Positions 28,649 to 37,833 of a stretch of 42,000 nt of DNA are shown piece after piece (the first letter of the stretch is position 1; every line of letters begins with the position of its first letter). The stretch lies in IMG/VR virus record IMGVR_UViG_2909262264_000004, one strand, 5' to 3'. A model generated the notes under the pieces. That model was given only the letters and a program-made list of their open reading frames with translations. It ran no database searches and had not been told where the DNA came from. This DNA is from a virus. Lineage: Duplodnaviria > Heunggongvirae > Uroviricota > Caudoviricetes. The position numbers and the translations under genes are program-made.

Positions 28649-29182
28649 TTAATGCAATACCAGACAATACATGACCTGAGTTGTATCAATTAATTCATCA
28701 CGGTTTCCGTTAACTGAACCCGTAACGACATAACCTGACCTGTCAGACCAGCCGGGACCATTCCATGTCTGAACAGATGACAGACCGCCCAAGCGAATAA
28801 CTTGCGAGCCGCAAAGCCAGTTCCCGTTATTATCCATGTACGCCTGACCATCGGTGCCATTGGCTGTCCTTGAGTTATTAATCATGTAGATGCCAAATTG
28901 CTTATTTCCCAGACCGCCAATCATAAATTTGCGGTCGGCGTGATTCTGGCGAAGCAACGCCTGAGCGCTATCAGTGTTAACTATATTTTTCCCAAAGATA
29001 GCGTTGTTATCGCGCATCTGAATCCACATACCATTACTGCTGTTAATAGCAAAACGGTCTGAAAGTGTCTCCCCTGAAACATTAAGACCACGCCCCATCG
29101 AAACAGCGCCAGTAGCGTTATTAATCCATAATGGCCTTAATCCGTTATAAGTCCCCATGTTGTCACCGGAGTTTGTCAACAT
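28649..29182 (-). CDS. Alternative tail fibre distal segment (Sv'), silent orientation
   Basis: 177 aa; C-terminal ~47 aa identical to the plus-strand distal segment (IRLGGLSSVQTWNGPGW...). Out of frame (+1) with the shared block at 29181. Confidence 0.6.
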   Translation of the reverse strand: MLTNSGDNMGTYNGLRPLWINNATGAVSMGRGLNVSGETLSDRFAINSSNGMWIQMRDNNAIFGKNIVNTDSAQALLRQNHADRKFMIGGLGNKQFGIYMINNSRTANGTDGQAYMDNNGNWLCGSQVIRLGGLSSVQTWNGPGWSDRSGYVVTGSVNGNRDELIDTTQVMYCLVLH

Positions 29183-29483
29183 GATTAATATAAGTGAATT
29201 GAGCGTTAGTAATTCCGCCGCCGCTGGACGTACTCGGCGTAGTAACGCGTATGGTCATTGCGCCGCGAGTGCCAATAACTTCCACCACAGCACCTGCAAG
29301 ACAAATATTTCCGCAACCTGTATCTGTAATGACCTTATTATTTGCATAAGCCCATGAGCCTTTGCACATCCAGTAAGGATGGTTAAATGCCCCCTGACTC
29401 TCCAGCCACGAAATAAATTGCGCAGTTGTCCAGACCTGACTATCGCCACCAATATTCAGCCATGCGCTATATGCGCGACAGGC
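29181..29483. repeat. 303-bp inverted repeat, right copy
   Basis: Reverse complement of 26577-26879. Confidence 0.85.
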
Positions 29484-29570
29484 CCCAATATTTTTGGTGA
29501 AGGTATCTTTTCCCGGAATATCTGCGCCGTTCTGGTTTTTCTGTAATGCGCCAGAAGCCTTGTTTACCGT

Positions 29571-29596
29571 TTCCTGTAAACCGAGGTTTTAGATAA
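29571..29596. promoter_or_regulatory. gix/pix-like 26-bp invertase crossover site (right)
   Basis: ttcctgtaaaccgaggttttagataa, about 55 bp upstream of the invertase gene. Confidence 0.6.
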
Positions 29597-29650
29597 TGGC
29601 CGTTTCCGGCCTGCATGGCATGATTTGCGCTTTTGGACGGGAGATTCAGC

Positions 29651-30238
29651 GTGCTGATTGGCTATGTAAGGGTATCAACAAATGACCAGAATACAGACCT
29701 GCAACGAAACGCTCTTGTTTGTGCAGGATGTGAACAAATATTTGAAGATAAATTAAGCGGGACAAAGACAGACCGACCGGGATTAAAACGCGCTTTAAAG
29801 CGCCTTCAAAAAGGTGACACGCTGGTTGTCTGGAAACTGGATCGCCTCGGGCGAAGCATGAAACATCTGATTTCTCTCGTCGGGGAACTACGGGAGCGAG
29901 GAATTAATTTTCGCAGTCTGACCGACAGCATAGATACATCTTCTCCAATGGGGCGTTTTTTCTTCCACGTGATGGGTGCCCTGGCTGAAATGGAACGTGA
30001 ATTAATTGTTGAACGTACACTGGCCGGACTGGCGGCAGCACGCGCACGGGGGCGCACAGGCGGACGTCGACCGAAGCTGACAAAAGAACAGCATGAGCAA
30101 ATAGCAAGGCTGATCAAAAACGGGCACGACAGAAAACAACTGGCAATAATTTACGGCATTGGTATATCGACGATTTATCGTTACCACCCCGCAGGAGAAT
30201 CAAGCGGAACAATAGAGAAGAGTCAGGAAACAAAATAA
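29651..30238 (+). CDS. pin: Serine DNA invertase (Pin/Gin/Hin family)
   Basis: GTG start after gggag; N-terminus LIGYVRVSTNDQ with catalytic Ser, C-terminal HTH; near-identical N-terminus to e14 Pin as recalled. Confidence 0.9.
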   Translation: MLIGYVRVSTNDQNTDLQRNALVCAGCEQIFEDKLSGTKTDRPGLKRALKRLQKGDTLVVWKLDRLGRSMKHLISLVGELRERGINFRSLTDSIDTSSPMGRFFFHVMGALAEMERELIVERTLAGLAAARARGRTGGRRPKLTKEQHEQIARLIKNGHDRKQLAIIYGIGISTIYRYHPAGESSGTIEKSQETK

Positions 30239-30272
30239 CCGCTAATCTGACCATTAGCGGTTTTTGTGTTAA
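30239..30272. terminator. Bidirectional intrinsic terminator between convergent pin and U
   Basis: ccgctaat-ctgacc-attagcgg hairpin with A-run on one side and T-run on the other. Confidence 0.5.
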
Positions 30273-30273
30273 A

Positions 30274-30768
30274 TCAGAACAGCCCTTTAACGGAGCTGGC
30301 CGCGCTGTTAAGGGATGATGTGACCTTATCTTTGAAGCCGGACAGCATATCACTGAACGATGAGGATTGCAGGCGCTCCCGCAAATCCTCATCACAGCGT
30401 TCAAGAGTCAGTGAAAATTCTATCTTTTTCGCCTTACCGTAGCGATCAAACTCGGAGCGGGTCGTATTCGTTTCAGTCAGTACATACATGCCGTAAATCT
30501 GCCCGACACCATCAATCAGAGGCCAGGGGCGTCCTGTATATGCCTGCGTGGTCAGCAGCGAAAGCGACACTTCGCCACCTGTAATTTCAGGATAAAGCAC
30601 GCCAGAAAGCACGATGCGATCATCACCTGCACCGATATACTGCCAGCTTGCTGAGCGATTTACGCGCTCATTTTTCACATGCCGCCAGCTTTTGTTTTGC
30701 TGTAACTGCTGATGCGGCAGTGTGCGCAGCTCAAAAACAAACATGCCGTAGATCATCATCATGACCAT
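30274..30768 (-). CDS. U: Tail protein U (P2 gpU family)
   Basis: 164 aa; MMM.YGMFVFELRT..NKSWRHV..RVNRS resembles P2 U. Confidence 0.85.
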   Translation of the reverse strand: MVMMMIYGMFVFELRTLPHQQLQQNKSWRHVKNERVNRSASWQYIGAGDDRIVLSGVLYPEITGGEVSLSLLTTQAYTGRPWPLIDGVGQIYGMYVLTETNTTRSEFDRYGKAKKIEFSLTLERCDEDLRERLQSSSFSDMLSGFKDKVTSSLNSAASSVKGLF

Positions 30769-30774
30769 GACTCC

Positions 30775-33582
30775 TCAATCTTTATCGTAAAAACTGCCAC
30801 GTCCGGCACGGGCGCGCCGTTCCACCTCTGCCCTGACCATTTCACCGACCAGTTTCGCCAGTTCGCGGGGATTCTGCGTAACAACGTTATGCAGATGAAC
30901 ATGAATTTCACCGCCAAATCCGGAGACAGCAGGCTCCCGATTACGGGAAGCTGCAGGAACTGATGCCACTGGCGATCGTATGGCCTCCGCCACCGGGCGG
31001 GAGCTGGCCGCAACAACAGGGACCAGCGCCGGAGGCAGCGGAGCCGGGACCACGGGTGTGATATTAATTGCGGGGGCAGGCTTACTGGCCTGCGCAATCT
31101 TCCGCTCCTGCCACTCCCCACGAACGGCAAGTGCGCGGGGCAGGTTCTTAAAGACAATATCGCCGGGGCCAATGCGTTTTTTCGTCTCATCAACCAGCTT
31201 ACCTGTGTTATCAGCAATTTTGCTGAGTCTGCGCAGCGTACCGGTATTGCTGTCTGTGAGCGGTTTATTGTCTTTGGGGTTATCACCTCCGGTGCCATTG
31301 CCATTTTCCACAGGCTTCGGCGGATTGATTTTCGCCAGGTCCCCCTGAAGCAAGGCAACCTTGTCCTGAAGAATGGCCGCACGCTGTGCGTCTTCGATTT
31401 TCTTGCGCGCCCTTTCCGCTTCATCCGGAAGCACACCAAGCTTTTCAAGTATCCACGCCAGCGTATCCAGCAACATTTTTGCAGGTGTCAGAACAAGTTG
31501 TAACGCACCGCCAAGAACGTTACCGAATATCTCGCCAGCACTGGTACATTTATCCAGAGTTTCCTTGCTGGACTCCATCGGTGACAGCAGCGATTTAAAC
31601 CAGTTAAACACCTGGCTGATCCCACTCCCGATTGCGTCAAAAACAGGACCAAACCGTTCAAAGGTTTCGCGCAACGGGGTCAGCCTTTCCATAATCCCGC
31701 TGAACACCCCGGCAAAAAATGCCCTGATGGGATCCCAGTATTTCCAGATAAGAACGGCAGCTCCGGCAAGCGCAGCCACGATAAGACCAACCGGACTGAA
31801 CAACGCCCCGATAGCGCCTCCCAGTAAAGAAACGGAACCCGTCACCATTCCCCATAGTGCTGGCAGAACCCTGACAGCATTCATTGATCCGGTCAGGAGG
31901 GAAAAACCAAGACGCAGTTTTGCCAGCGGGCCAGCAAGCACACCAATAGCCAGCGACAACGAGCCAACCGTTGCAGTCATTGCCAGCAGTGCACCGCCTG
32001 CAATCAGTAGCTGGCGCGTCAGTGCGGGATGGGCCTGCGCCAGCGCCGTCACCTTTGATACCACACGCGTGAGCCACTGCGTGACAGAACGCAGCGGACC
32101 GTCAATCAGATCTGCAATGCGGATGCGCAACCCTTCCCATGCACTGCTGAGTGATTTCAGATCGCCGTCAAGGTTGTTGGCCATAACCTTTGCCGTGCGT
32201 TCAGCCTCACCGCGCGCGCCTTCAAGTTCTTTTCTCAGTTTGGGTAAGGAGCCGTCACCTGCCGCATCAACGAGGGCCATAAATGATGTGAAAGCCTCTT
32301 CTCCGGCAATGTCCTTAAAGAACGATACCCGGTCAACTTCCCCGTATTTGCGGGTAGCTTTATAAAGGTCAGCCAGCACATCCTCCATCGGGCGCATTTT
32401 GCCCCCGGCATCCGAGACAGACACGCCAAGCTCTTTCAGCGCCTCTGCTGCCGCCTTTGGCGGTGATGCCAGACGAGCCAGGCTGGCACGCATTGCCGTA
32501 CCAGCATCACTCCCCCTGATACCCATATTCGCCAGCACGCCCGCCATCGCTGCGGCCTGCTCCAGCGATATTCCCAGCTTACCCGCCACCGGACCTGCAT
32601 ATTTCATGGTTTCACCCAGTGCGCGAAGGTCAGTGTTGGTACGGGTAAACGCTGCGGTGAGTGTGTCGCCGACCCGGTCCATCTGGTCAGCAGAAAGACC
32701 GAACTGCGTCAGAATATTTGAGCCAATATCCGCCGTCTCACCGAGGTCCATACCGCCAGCCGTTGCCATGCTCAGTACGCCAGGGAGCGCAGCCTGAATG
32801 GCCTGTGGTGTAAAGCCAGCCATTGCAAGAAATGCCTGTCCACTGGCGGCATCGCCTGCGGTGAACTGCGTTTCAGAGCCAAGTTTTAACGCCTGCTCAC
32901 GCAGCGCCTTAAACTGCGGGCTGTTCTGGTCGATTCGCGTCAGTGCCTGAACGCGGGACATCTCTTTGCCGAACCCGATCGCAGGCTGCAAAAAACGCCC
33001 GGCAGCATAGCCGCCCGCCGCTGCCGCACCAATTGCCAGCGCACCACCTGTTTTCAGTTTTCCCGCTGTTTCCTGCGCGCGCGAATACCGCTCACGCGCC
33101 CGTGTTACACGCGCAAGCGCCTGCCGTTCGCGTTCAAGCTGGTTGTTGTACTGTTCGGTGCGTCTGATGGCCTGCTGGATGGTGTTATCGCTGCCTGTCA
33201 GGGAAATGCCGTGGCGTTTCAGCTCTCCGCCAAGCTCCCGCATTTTCTGAATTTCCCGTGTGCGCGATTCATTCAGGCGTTCAAGCCGGGTGCTTAACTG
33301 CTGCATCAGCTTTTGTTGTTTTTCGCTGAGCACTGTACCCGTGCGTTGTAACTGATTAAGGGCGTTAAGCTGGCGTCGTGCTTTCACGATGCCCGCATCC
33401 GCTTTACTGACAGCGTCACGGGCGCGCTCAAATGATCGCGCCTGACGCTCGAGATTTTTGATCGCCCCCTGCGTTCGCTGGATGGAGTCACCAAACTGCC
33501 CCATCAGGCGGCGGGCGTTTTCGGCAGGCCGGGTCAGCCTGTCAACGGCGCTGAAAGCGACCCGGATATCAAGAGTCTTCAT
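30775..33582 (-). CDS. T: Tail tape measure protein (P2 gpT family)
   Basis: ORF to 33618 (GTG); ATG at 33582 overlaps the E' stop. Ala/Gly-rich with a transmembrane-like middle region. Confidence 0.85.
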   Translation of the reverse strand: MKTLDIRVAFSAVDRLTRPAENARRLMGQFGDSIQRTQGAIKNLERQARSFERARDAVSKADAGIVKARRQLNALNQLQRTGTVLSEKQQKLMQQLSTRLERLNESRTREIQKMRELGGELKRHGISLTGSDNTIQQAIRRTEQYNNQLERERQALARVTRARERYSRAQETAGKLKTGGALAIGAAAAGGYAAGRFLQPAIGFGKEMSRVQALTRIDQNSPQFKALREQALKLGSETQFTAGDAASGQAFLAMAGFTPQAIQAALPGVLSMATAGGMDLGETADIGSNILTQFGLSADQMDRVGDTLTAAFTRTNTDLRALGETMKYAGPVAGKLGISLEQAAAMAGVLANMGIRGSDAGTAMRASLARLASPPKAAAEALKELGVSVSDAGGKMRPMEDVLADLYKATRKYGEVDRVSFFKDIAGEEAFTSFMALVDAAGDGSLPKLRKELEGARGEAERTAKVMANNLDGDLKSLSSAWEGLRIRIADLIDGPLRSVTQWLTRVVSKVTALAQAHPALTRQLLIAGGALLAMTATVGSLSLAIGVLAGPLAKLRLGFSLLTGSMNAVRVLPALWGMVTGSVSLLGGAIGALFSPVGLIVAALAGAAVLIWKYWDPIRAFFAGVFSGIMERLTPLRETFERFGPVFDAIGSGISQVFNWFKSLLSPMESSKETLDKCTSAGEIFGNVLGGALQLVLTPAKMLLDTLAWILEKLGVLPDEAERARKKIEDAQRAAILQDKVALLQGDLAKINPPKPVENGNGTGGDNPKDNKPLTDSNTGTLRRLSKIADNTGKLVDETKKRIGPGDIVFKNLPRALAVRGEWQERKIAQASKPAPAINITPVVPAPLPPALVPVVAASSRPVAEAIRSPVASVPAASRNREPAVSGFGGEIHVHLHNVVTQNPRELAKLVGEMVRAEVERRARAGRGSFYDKD

Positions 33583-33805
33583 TGTCTGCATTCCCGCTAC
33601 GAAGTGCCGCCCGCTCACGCCAGCTAACCACTTCGCCGGGCGTCATCATGAAGATTTCGGCGGGCGACCAGTTAAAAATGGCGGCAATATCCGCCACCAG
33701 ATCTTCGATGTGCTCAAAGCACACCAGGGTGATTACGCTGCCGTCTCCTGCACGCTCTTCGCGCCAGAGTCTGGCTCGCTCATAAAATTTACAGCCACAG
33801 CGCAC
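33569..33805 (-). CDS. E' extension reading frame (tail assembly chaperone E+E' by -1 frameshift)
   Basis: Open -1 frame overlapping the 3' end of E and running to the T start, as for P2 E/E'. Confidence 0.55.
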   Translation of the reverse strand: MRCGCKFYERARLWREERAGDGSVITLVCFEHIEDLVADIAAIFNWSPAEIFMMTPGEVVSWRERAALRSGNADNEDS

Positions 33806-34107
33806 AACTGAATAAAATCGCGTGACGACATTTTTTTAATCATCACTTCATCCAGTCGTGGCGAGGTCACGCGAGGCAACAGCGTGAACATGGTATCCGC
33901 TTTCAGATTCAGCACATCAGACAGCGACAGACCACGCAGGGATCCAGCCTGCTCAATAGCCCCGGTGATCTCCACATACGTGATTTTTTCGCCACCACGC
34001 TCAATTGGTCGGGTCAGTTTTACGCCACGTTCGGCAGCCATATCCTCACATGCCGTCACATCATCCGCCATGGTGTTATTCCGGGTTTCAGTATCGATGT
34101 CTTTCAT
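33733..34107 (-). CDS. E: Tail assembly chaperone E (P2 gpE-like)
   Basis: ATG at 34107 with aaggag RBS; between tube and tape measure; carries the slippery site near its 3' end. Confidence 0.7.
   Translation of the reverse strand: MKDIDTETRNNTMADDVTACEDMAAERGVKLTRPIERGGEKITYVEITGAIEQAGSLRGLSLSDVLNLKADTMFTLLPRVTSPRLDEVMIKKMSSRDFIQLCAVAVNFMSEPDSGAKSVQETAA
33784..33790 (-). other. Candidate -1 slippery heptamer A_AAT_TTT in E
   Basis: X_XXY_YYZ heptamer in the E frame (gta aat ttt atg); a -1 shift reads KFYERARLW, the E' frame. Confidence 0.45.
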
Positions 34108-34162
34108 CAGTTGTCTCCTTTTCAGTCAGAGGCGACGCACTGCGCCGCCAGCATATTACTTA

Positions 34163-34675
34163 TCAGCCAAGCCCAAGCGCGGAACGGATGCGATCGGGCA
34201 CAATGTCCTTGCCGTCCTTCCGGTAAATGAAGTTCAGCAGGTCAATCTCCCACAACGGGCGATCGTTAACACTCAGCTTGTAGTAGGTGTTTTTAATGGC
34301 GTAAGTGTGTGATGTGGCTTCGCCCTGTTTGGCTTCCCCCATATCAATTTCCGTCACACGTCCGCGCATTTCGACTTCATACAGGTCGCTTTCTGCATCG
34401 GTGTAGTATTCACCCGCAAAACGCAGCAGCGTGCCGTCAATCGTGCCGCCATACTTAAGGAACAGCTCACGAACTGCGCCCCCCATGACAAAGCTCGCAT
34501 CAAGCGCGGAGTCGTCCAGGCCGAGATCAATACTTACCGCCCCCATCATGCCACCACCCCGGTAGCTGTCGGTTTTGCGCGTCAGCTTAGGCAGAGTGAC
34601 GGACGTCACCTTACCCACTTCGTTTTCACCATCCACAAACAGCGTAAAAAAGCGAAGATGTTTTGGCACAGCCAT
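34163..34675 (-). CDS. FII: Tail tube protein (P2 gpFII family)
   Basis: 170 aa, close to P2 FII length; follows the sheath gene with overlapping stop/start. Confidence 0.9.
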   Translation of the reverse strand: MAVPKHLRFFTLFVDGENEVGKVTSVTLPKLTRKTDSYRGGGMMGAVSIDLGLDDSALDASFVMGGAVRELFLKYGGTIDGTLLRFAGEYYTDAESDLYEVEMRGRVTEIDMGEAKQGEATSHTYAIKNTYYKLSVNDRPLWEIDLLNFIYRKDGKDIVPDRIRSALGLG

Positions 34676-35859
34676 CAGGCACCTCCCAGCACCGCAAATG
34701 CGGGTTCAAAGTATTCATCAGTAAACGTCTGGTAAAGCTCCATGTCTTCCAGTGGCGGAACGGGCGTATATTTGTAGCGAATACGCACACGTCCCTGACG
34801 TAAATCCGTGGTGCTGTTATCCACCACGTCATACCAGCACTCCGCGCCAATCAGTTTCCCGGCAGTAACCAGTGAATCCAGTTTTGCCCTGATGGCACTG
34901 ATAACATCCTTCACGTTCGCAGGCGTCAGTGGACTGTCGATGGTTTCAAACTGCGCTTCCGCAATTGAATCAGCCAGCACCTGTGCGGTTCGGGTATACA
35001 CCTCAAAGATGTAGGCGTTCGTTTCCGGTGTGCGGTTACCCCAGAAGCGGAACCCGTTGCGACGAATAATGGTCGTGATTTCTTTGTTGTTGAGGCTGTT
35101 GGCATCACTGTCTTCGGCCTGCAACGACCAGAACACATGCCTGGACATCCCCAGCACATTTTTAACCGGAACGTTGGACAGCGATTTGTGCCAGCCCTGC
35201 TCATGGTCAATGTACGCACGAAGGCCGCACGCATAGGCAGGCGCGGGGAACGTTTCGTTTTTGCCACTTTTCGGGTTGTAGGCGATGAAGTCCGGCCATA
35301 AGAGCATCACCTCACGTTCGTTGAATTTCTGGCGGTAGGTAATCGCCTCAGCCATCGTGTTACAGCCGTGACATGAGGCATACACAAACGCGCGCAGTTT
35401 ACCCGCAATCACGCACAGGGATTTTGTTACCGCCTCCGTGTCCAGCTCCGGCGCGGCCAGAATACGCGGACGGTATCCGATGCTTTCATCCTGCTCTGCA
35501 ACAAGCAGCGCATACATCCCCGTATAGCTGCCGTCAGATTCAGAACCACCGATAACCAGTTGATCCTGCGTTTTTCCGTCTTCTTCTTTGTGTTCAGCCA
35601 CGCGAACGACGATCACCTTTGTGCTCACCTGGTCTGCGATGGCCTTAAGCGCACGATAAAGCGTCCCCGTTGTTCCGCATTTTCCCAGCACGTCATTGAC
35701 GCGGGTCAGCAGTGTGGGCTTGTTCAGCGGGAACAGCTCCGCATCCGCATCATCCGCCGTTGCCACGATACCGATAACACTGGAATCAACATCGTTAATC
35801 GCTGTTACCAGGTCGGTATTTTCCGTAACACGGGCACCATGAAAACGAGTTTCACTCAT
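34675..35859 (-). CDS. FI: Tail sheath protein (P2 gpFI family)
   Basis: 394 aa; PLNKP, KLRAF, WPDF, EQGWHK.LSNV, RRNGFRFWGNRT, YTPVPPLE blocks match P2 FI as recalled. Confidence 0.9.
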   Translation of the reverse strand: MSETRFHGARVTENTDLVTAINDVDSSVIGIVATADDADAELFPLNKPTLLTRVNDVLGKCGTTGTLYRALKAIADQVSTKVIVVRVAEHKEEDGKTQDQLVIGGSESDGSYTGMYALLVAEQDESIGYRPRILAAPELDTEAVTKSLCVIAGKLRAFVYASCHGCNTMAEAITYRQKFNEREVMLLWPDFIAYNPKSGKNETFPAPAYACGLRAYIDHEQGWHKSLSNVPVKNVLGMSRHVFWSLQAEDSDANSLNNKEITTIIRRNGFRFWGNRTPETNAYIFEVYTRTAQVLADSIAEAQFETIDSPLTPANVKDVISAIRAKLDSLVTAGKLIGAECWYDVVDNSTTDLRQGRVRIRYKYTPVPPLEDMELYQTFTDEYFEPAFAVLGGA

Positions 35860-36016
35860 AGCTTCAGCCCCTTGTATCCGTTAAATGATTCGGCAACAAT
35901 CATCACCCACCACGCGCGTAATCTCACCCCTGCGCCGTTCTCCCGCCACGGCGACAACAAAAAGCAGTAACCCCCTACGCACGCACATGCGACCATGCCG
36001 CACAGGGAGGGAACAG

Positions 36017-37126
36017 ATGACCGATACCACCATGCAATTGCTCAGTCAGAGCACAGACCCCGTGAAAATGCCGGATTTTGATATTCTCGCGGAGGGGGAA
36101 ACACTGTCCGGCGTGGCAGAGCGCCTGATGAGCCTGTCACTGACCGACAACCGGGGATTTGAAGCGGACCAGCTCACCATCACGCTGGATGATGCGGATG
36201 GTCAGTTGCAGCTACCGCCACGGGGCGCGCGCCTGACGGTTCTCATTGGCTGGAAAGGAGAACCGCTGACAGAAAAAGGCACTTACATTGTTGATGAAAT
36301 CGCACACGAAGGACCGCCGGACAGGCTGACTGTTTCAGCCAGAAGCGCAGATTTTCGGGATGAATTTAACGTTAAACGTGAGGTGTCCTGGCATGATGTG
36401 ACCGTTGAGCGCGTGGTATCCGCCATCGCTCATCGGTACGGTCTGAAACCACAAATCAGCGAAATGCTGATGGATATTGAAATCGACCACGCCGACCAGA
36501 CCGAAGAAAGCGACATGTCCTTCCTTACGCGCATGGCGGAAATGCTGGGCGCAATCACTACGGTAAAAAGCGGTAATCTGTTATTCATCATGCCAGGCGG
36601 TGGCGTGAACGCACAAGGCCAGCCGTTGCCCTCGTTCGCCATCACGCGCAGCAGTGGCGATCGCCATCAGTTCCGCATTGCTGACCGCGAAGCGTATACG
36701 GGGGTACGCGCTTACTGGCTTGATCTTAATTACGGGAAAAAGAAAAAAGTCAGCGTGAAACGCCGCAAACCGCCAAAACCCAAAAAGGAGAAAAGCAGCA
36801 GCCGTGAAGGTGATTATATGGAAGGCGCGGAAGGCAATGTGTTTGTGTTACGCAAGACTTATCAGAACGAGCAGGCAGCAAGACGCGCAGCGGCGGCAAA
36901 GTGGCAGCAGCTACAACGCGGAGCCGCATCATTTTCCATCACGCTGGCGCGTGGACGTGCAGAACTCTACCCCGAAATGCATGGCACGGTAACAGGATTT
37001 AAAAGCGAGATTGATAATCAGGACTGGATTATTGCGAAAGCCGAGCACACCATTGATAACAGCGGCTTTACCACGCAGCTTGAGCTTGAAGCAAAAATCC
37101 CGGAATGGATAGCAGAAACAGAGTGA
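36017..37126 (+). CDS. D: Late gene D protein (P2 gpD family)
   Basis: ATG at 36017 after gggagg; 369 aa; immediately upstream of ogr. Confidence 0.85.
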   Translation: MTDTTMQLLSQSTDPVKMPDFDILAEGETLSGVAERLMSLSLTDNRGFEADQLTITLDDADGQLQLPPRGARLTVLIGWKGEPLTEKGTYIVDEIAHEGPPDRLTVSARSADFRDEFNVKREVSWHDVTVERVVSAIAHRYGLKPQISEMLMDIEIDHADQTEESDMSFLTRMAEMLGAITTVKSGNLLFIMPGGGVNAQGQPLPSFAITRSSGDRHQFRIADREAYTGVRAYWLDLNYGKKKKVSVKRRKPPKPKKEKSSSREGDYMEGAEGNVFVLRKTYQNEQAARRAAAAKWQQLQRGAASFSITLARGRAELYPEMHGTVTGFKSEIDNQDWIIAKAEHTIDNSGFTTQLELEAKIPEWIAETE

Positions 37127-37168
37127 GCAACTTAGAATAGCGGCAGCACCACGTTAAGGGAGGTCGCT

Positions 37169-37429
37169 ATGTTCCGTTGTCCGCTTTGTGGCGCATCTGC
37201 CCGTATCCGCACCAGTCGTTCGGAAAATGATTCAAACACCGTACGGAAAAAATATTACCAGTGTAACAACCTGGAATGCGGCATAAGTTTCTCAACACTG
37301 GAAGCTTTCCATAAATTCACATCGAAACACGCCCCCGGCGTTCACTCTTCAGAAGGTATCCCGTGGCATGAGTTGCCAGCTTCACACAGGGGAAACAATC
37401 AGATGAGTTTGCCTTTACCTCAGAATTAA
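37169..37429 (+). CDS. ogr: Late-gene transcription activator, Ogr/Delta zinc finger
   Basis: MFRCPLCGASARIRTSR...KKYYQCNNLECGISF: C-x2-C ... C-x4-C pattern of Ogr. Confidence 0.85.
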   Translation: MFRCPLCGASARIRTSRSENDSNTVRKKYYQCNNLECGISFSTLEAFHKFTSKHAPGVHSSEGIPWHELPASHRGNNQMSLPLPQN

Positions 37430-37619
37430 CAGGCAGAATTGCCGGAGTAACAAAAAAGCGATAGATTACGCGCGGGTGCCTTTCGGCTGATGGTCGGAGG
37501 GAATACCCGAAGGCCAGATGTGGAAAGGCCCCGGAAAACATTTCTGTTTAACCGAGGCCCTAACCGTCTAACCTTAGCAAGTGATAGGTTAGCGCCTCCC
37601 TGAAAAAGGAGCAAGCGCT

Positions 37620-37760
37620 ATGTCGCAAAAATCGCTTACGGCCATCACGTTCTGCGTGACGGCAATCCTCATCATCTGGATGCTGCACGGTTCGCTGTGC
37701 GAAATACGGATGAGCTTCTGGGGAGCGGAGTTTGCGGCGTTCTTACAGTGTAAGCAGTAA
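37620..37760 (+). CDS. hok: Hok/Gef-family type I toxin-like membrane peptide
   Basis: 46 aa, below the ORF-track cutoff. aaggag RBS; one TM helix then SLCEIR..EFAAFLQCK, matching the Hok/Gef signature. Leader has a 7-bp-stem hairpin (ctaacct..aggttag). Confidence 0.65.
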   Translation: MSQKSLTAITFCVTAILIIWMLHGSLCEIRMSFWGAEFAAFLQCKQ

Positions 37761-37822
37761 GGAAACCGCGACGGGGGAGCAATCCCCCGTCAATCGGTTG
37801 CCAGGGTAAGGTCGATAAGGCA

Positions 37823-37833
37823 CCCTATCTCAC
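37823..37833. repeat. 11-bp direct repeat ccctatctcac (left)
   Basis: Identical copy at 39319-39329; both lie just outside the inverted ~115-bp repeats. Confidence 0.5.

Noticed and set aside
31373-32365. 330-aa plus-strand ORF
   Set aside because: Antisense to the tape measure gene; Ser/Ala/Pro-rich translation typical of the reverse strand.
35860-36016. Ogr-dependent late promoter dyad (TGT-N12-ACA) in the FI-D intergenic region
   Set aside because: No match with the expected spacing on either strand; promoter not annotated.
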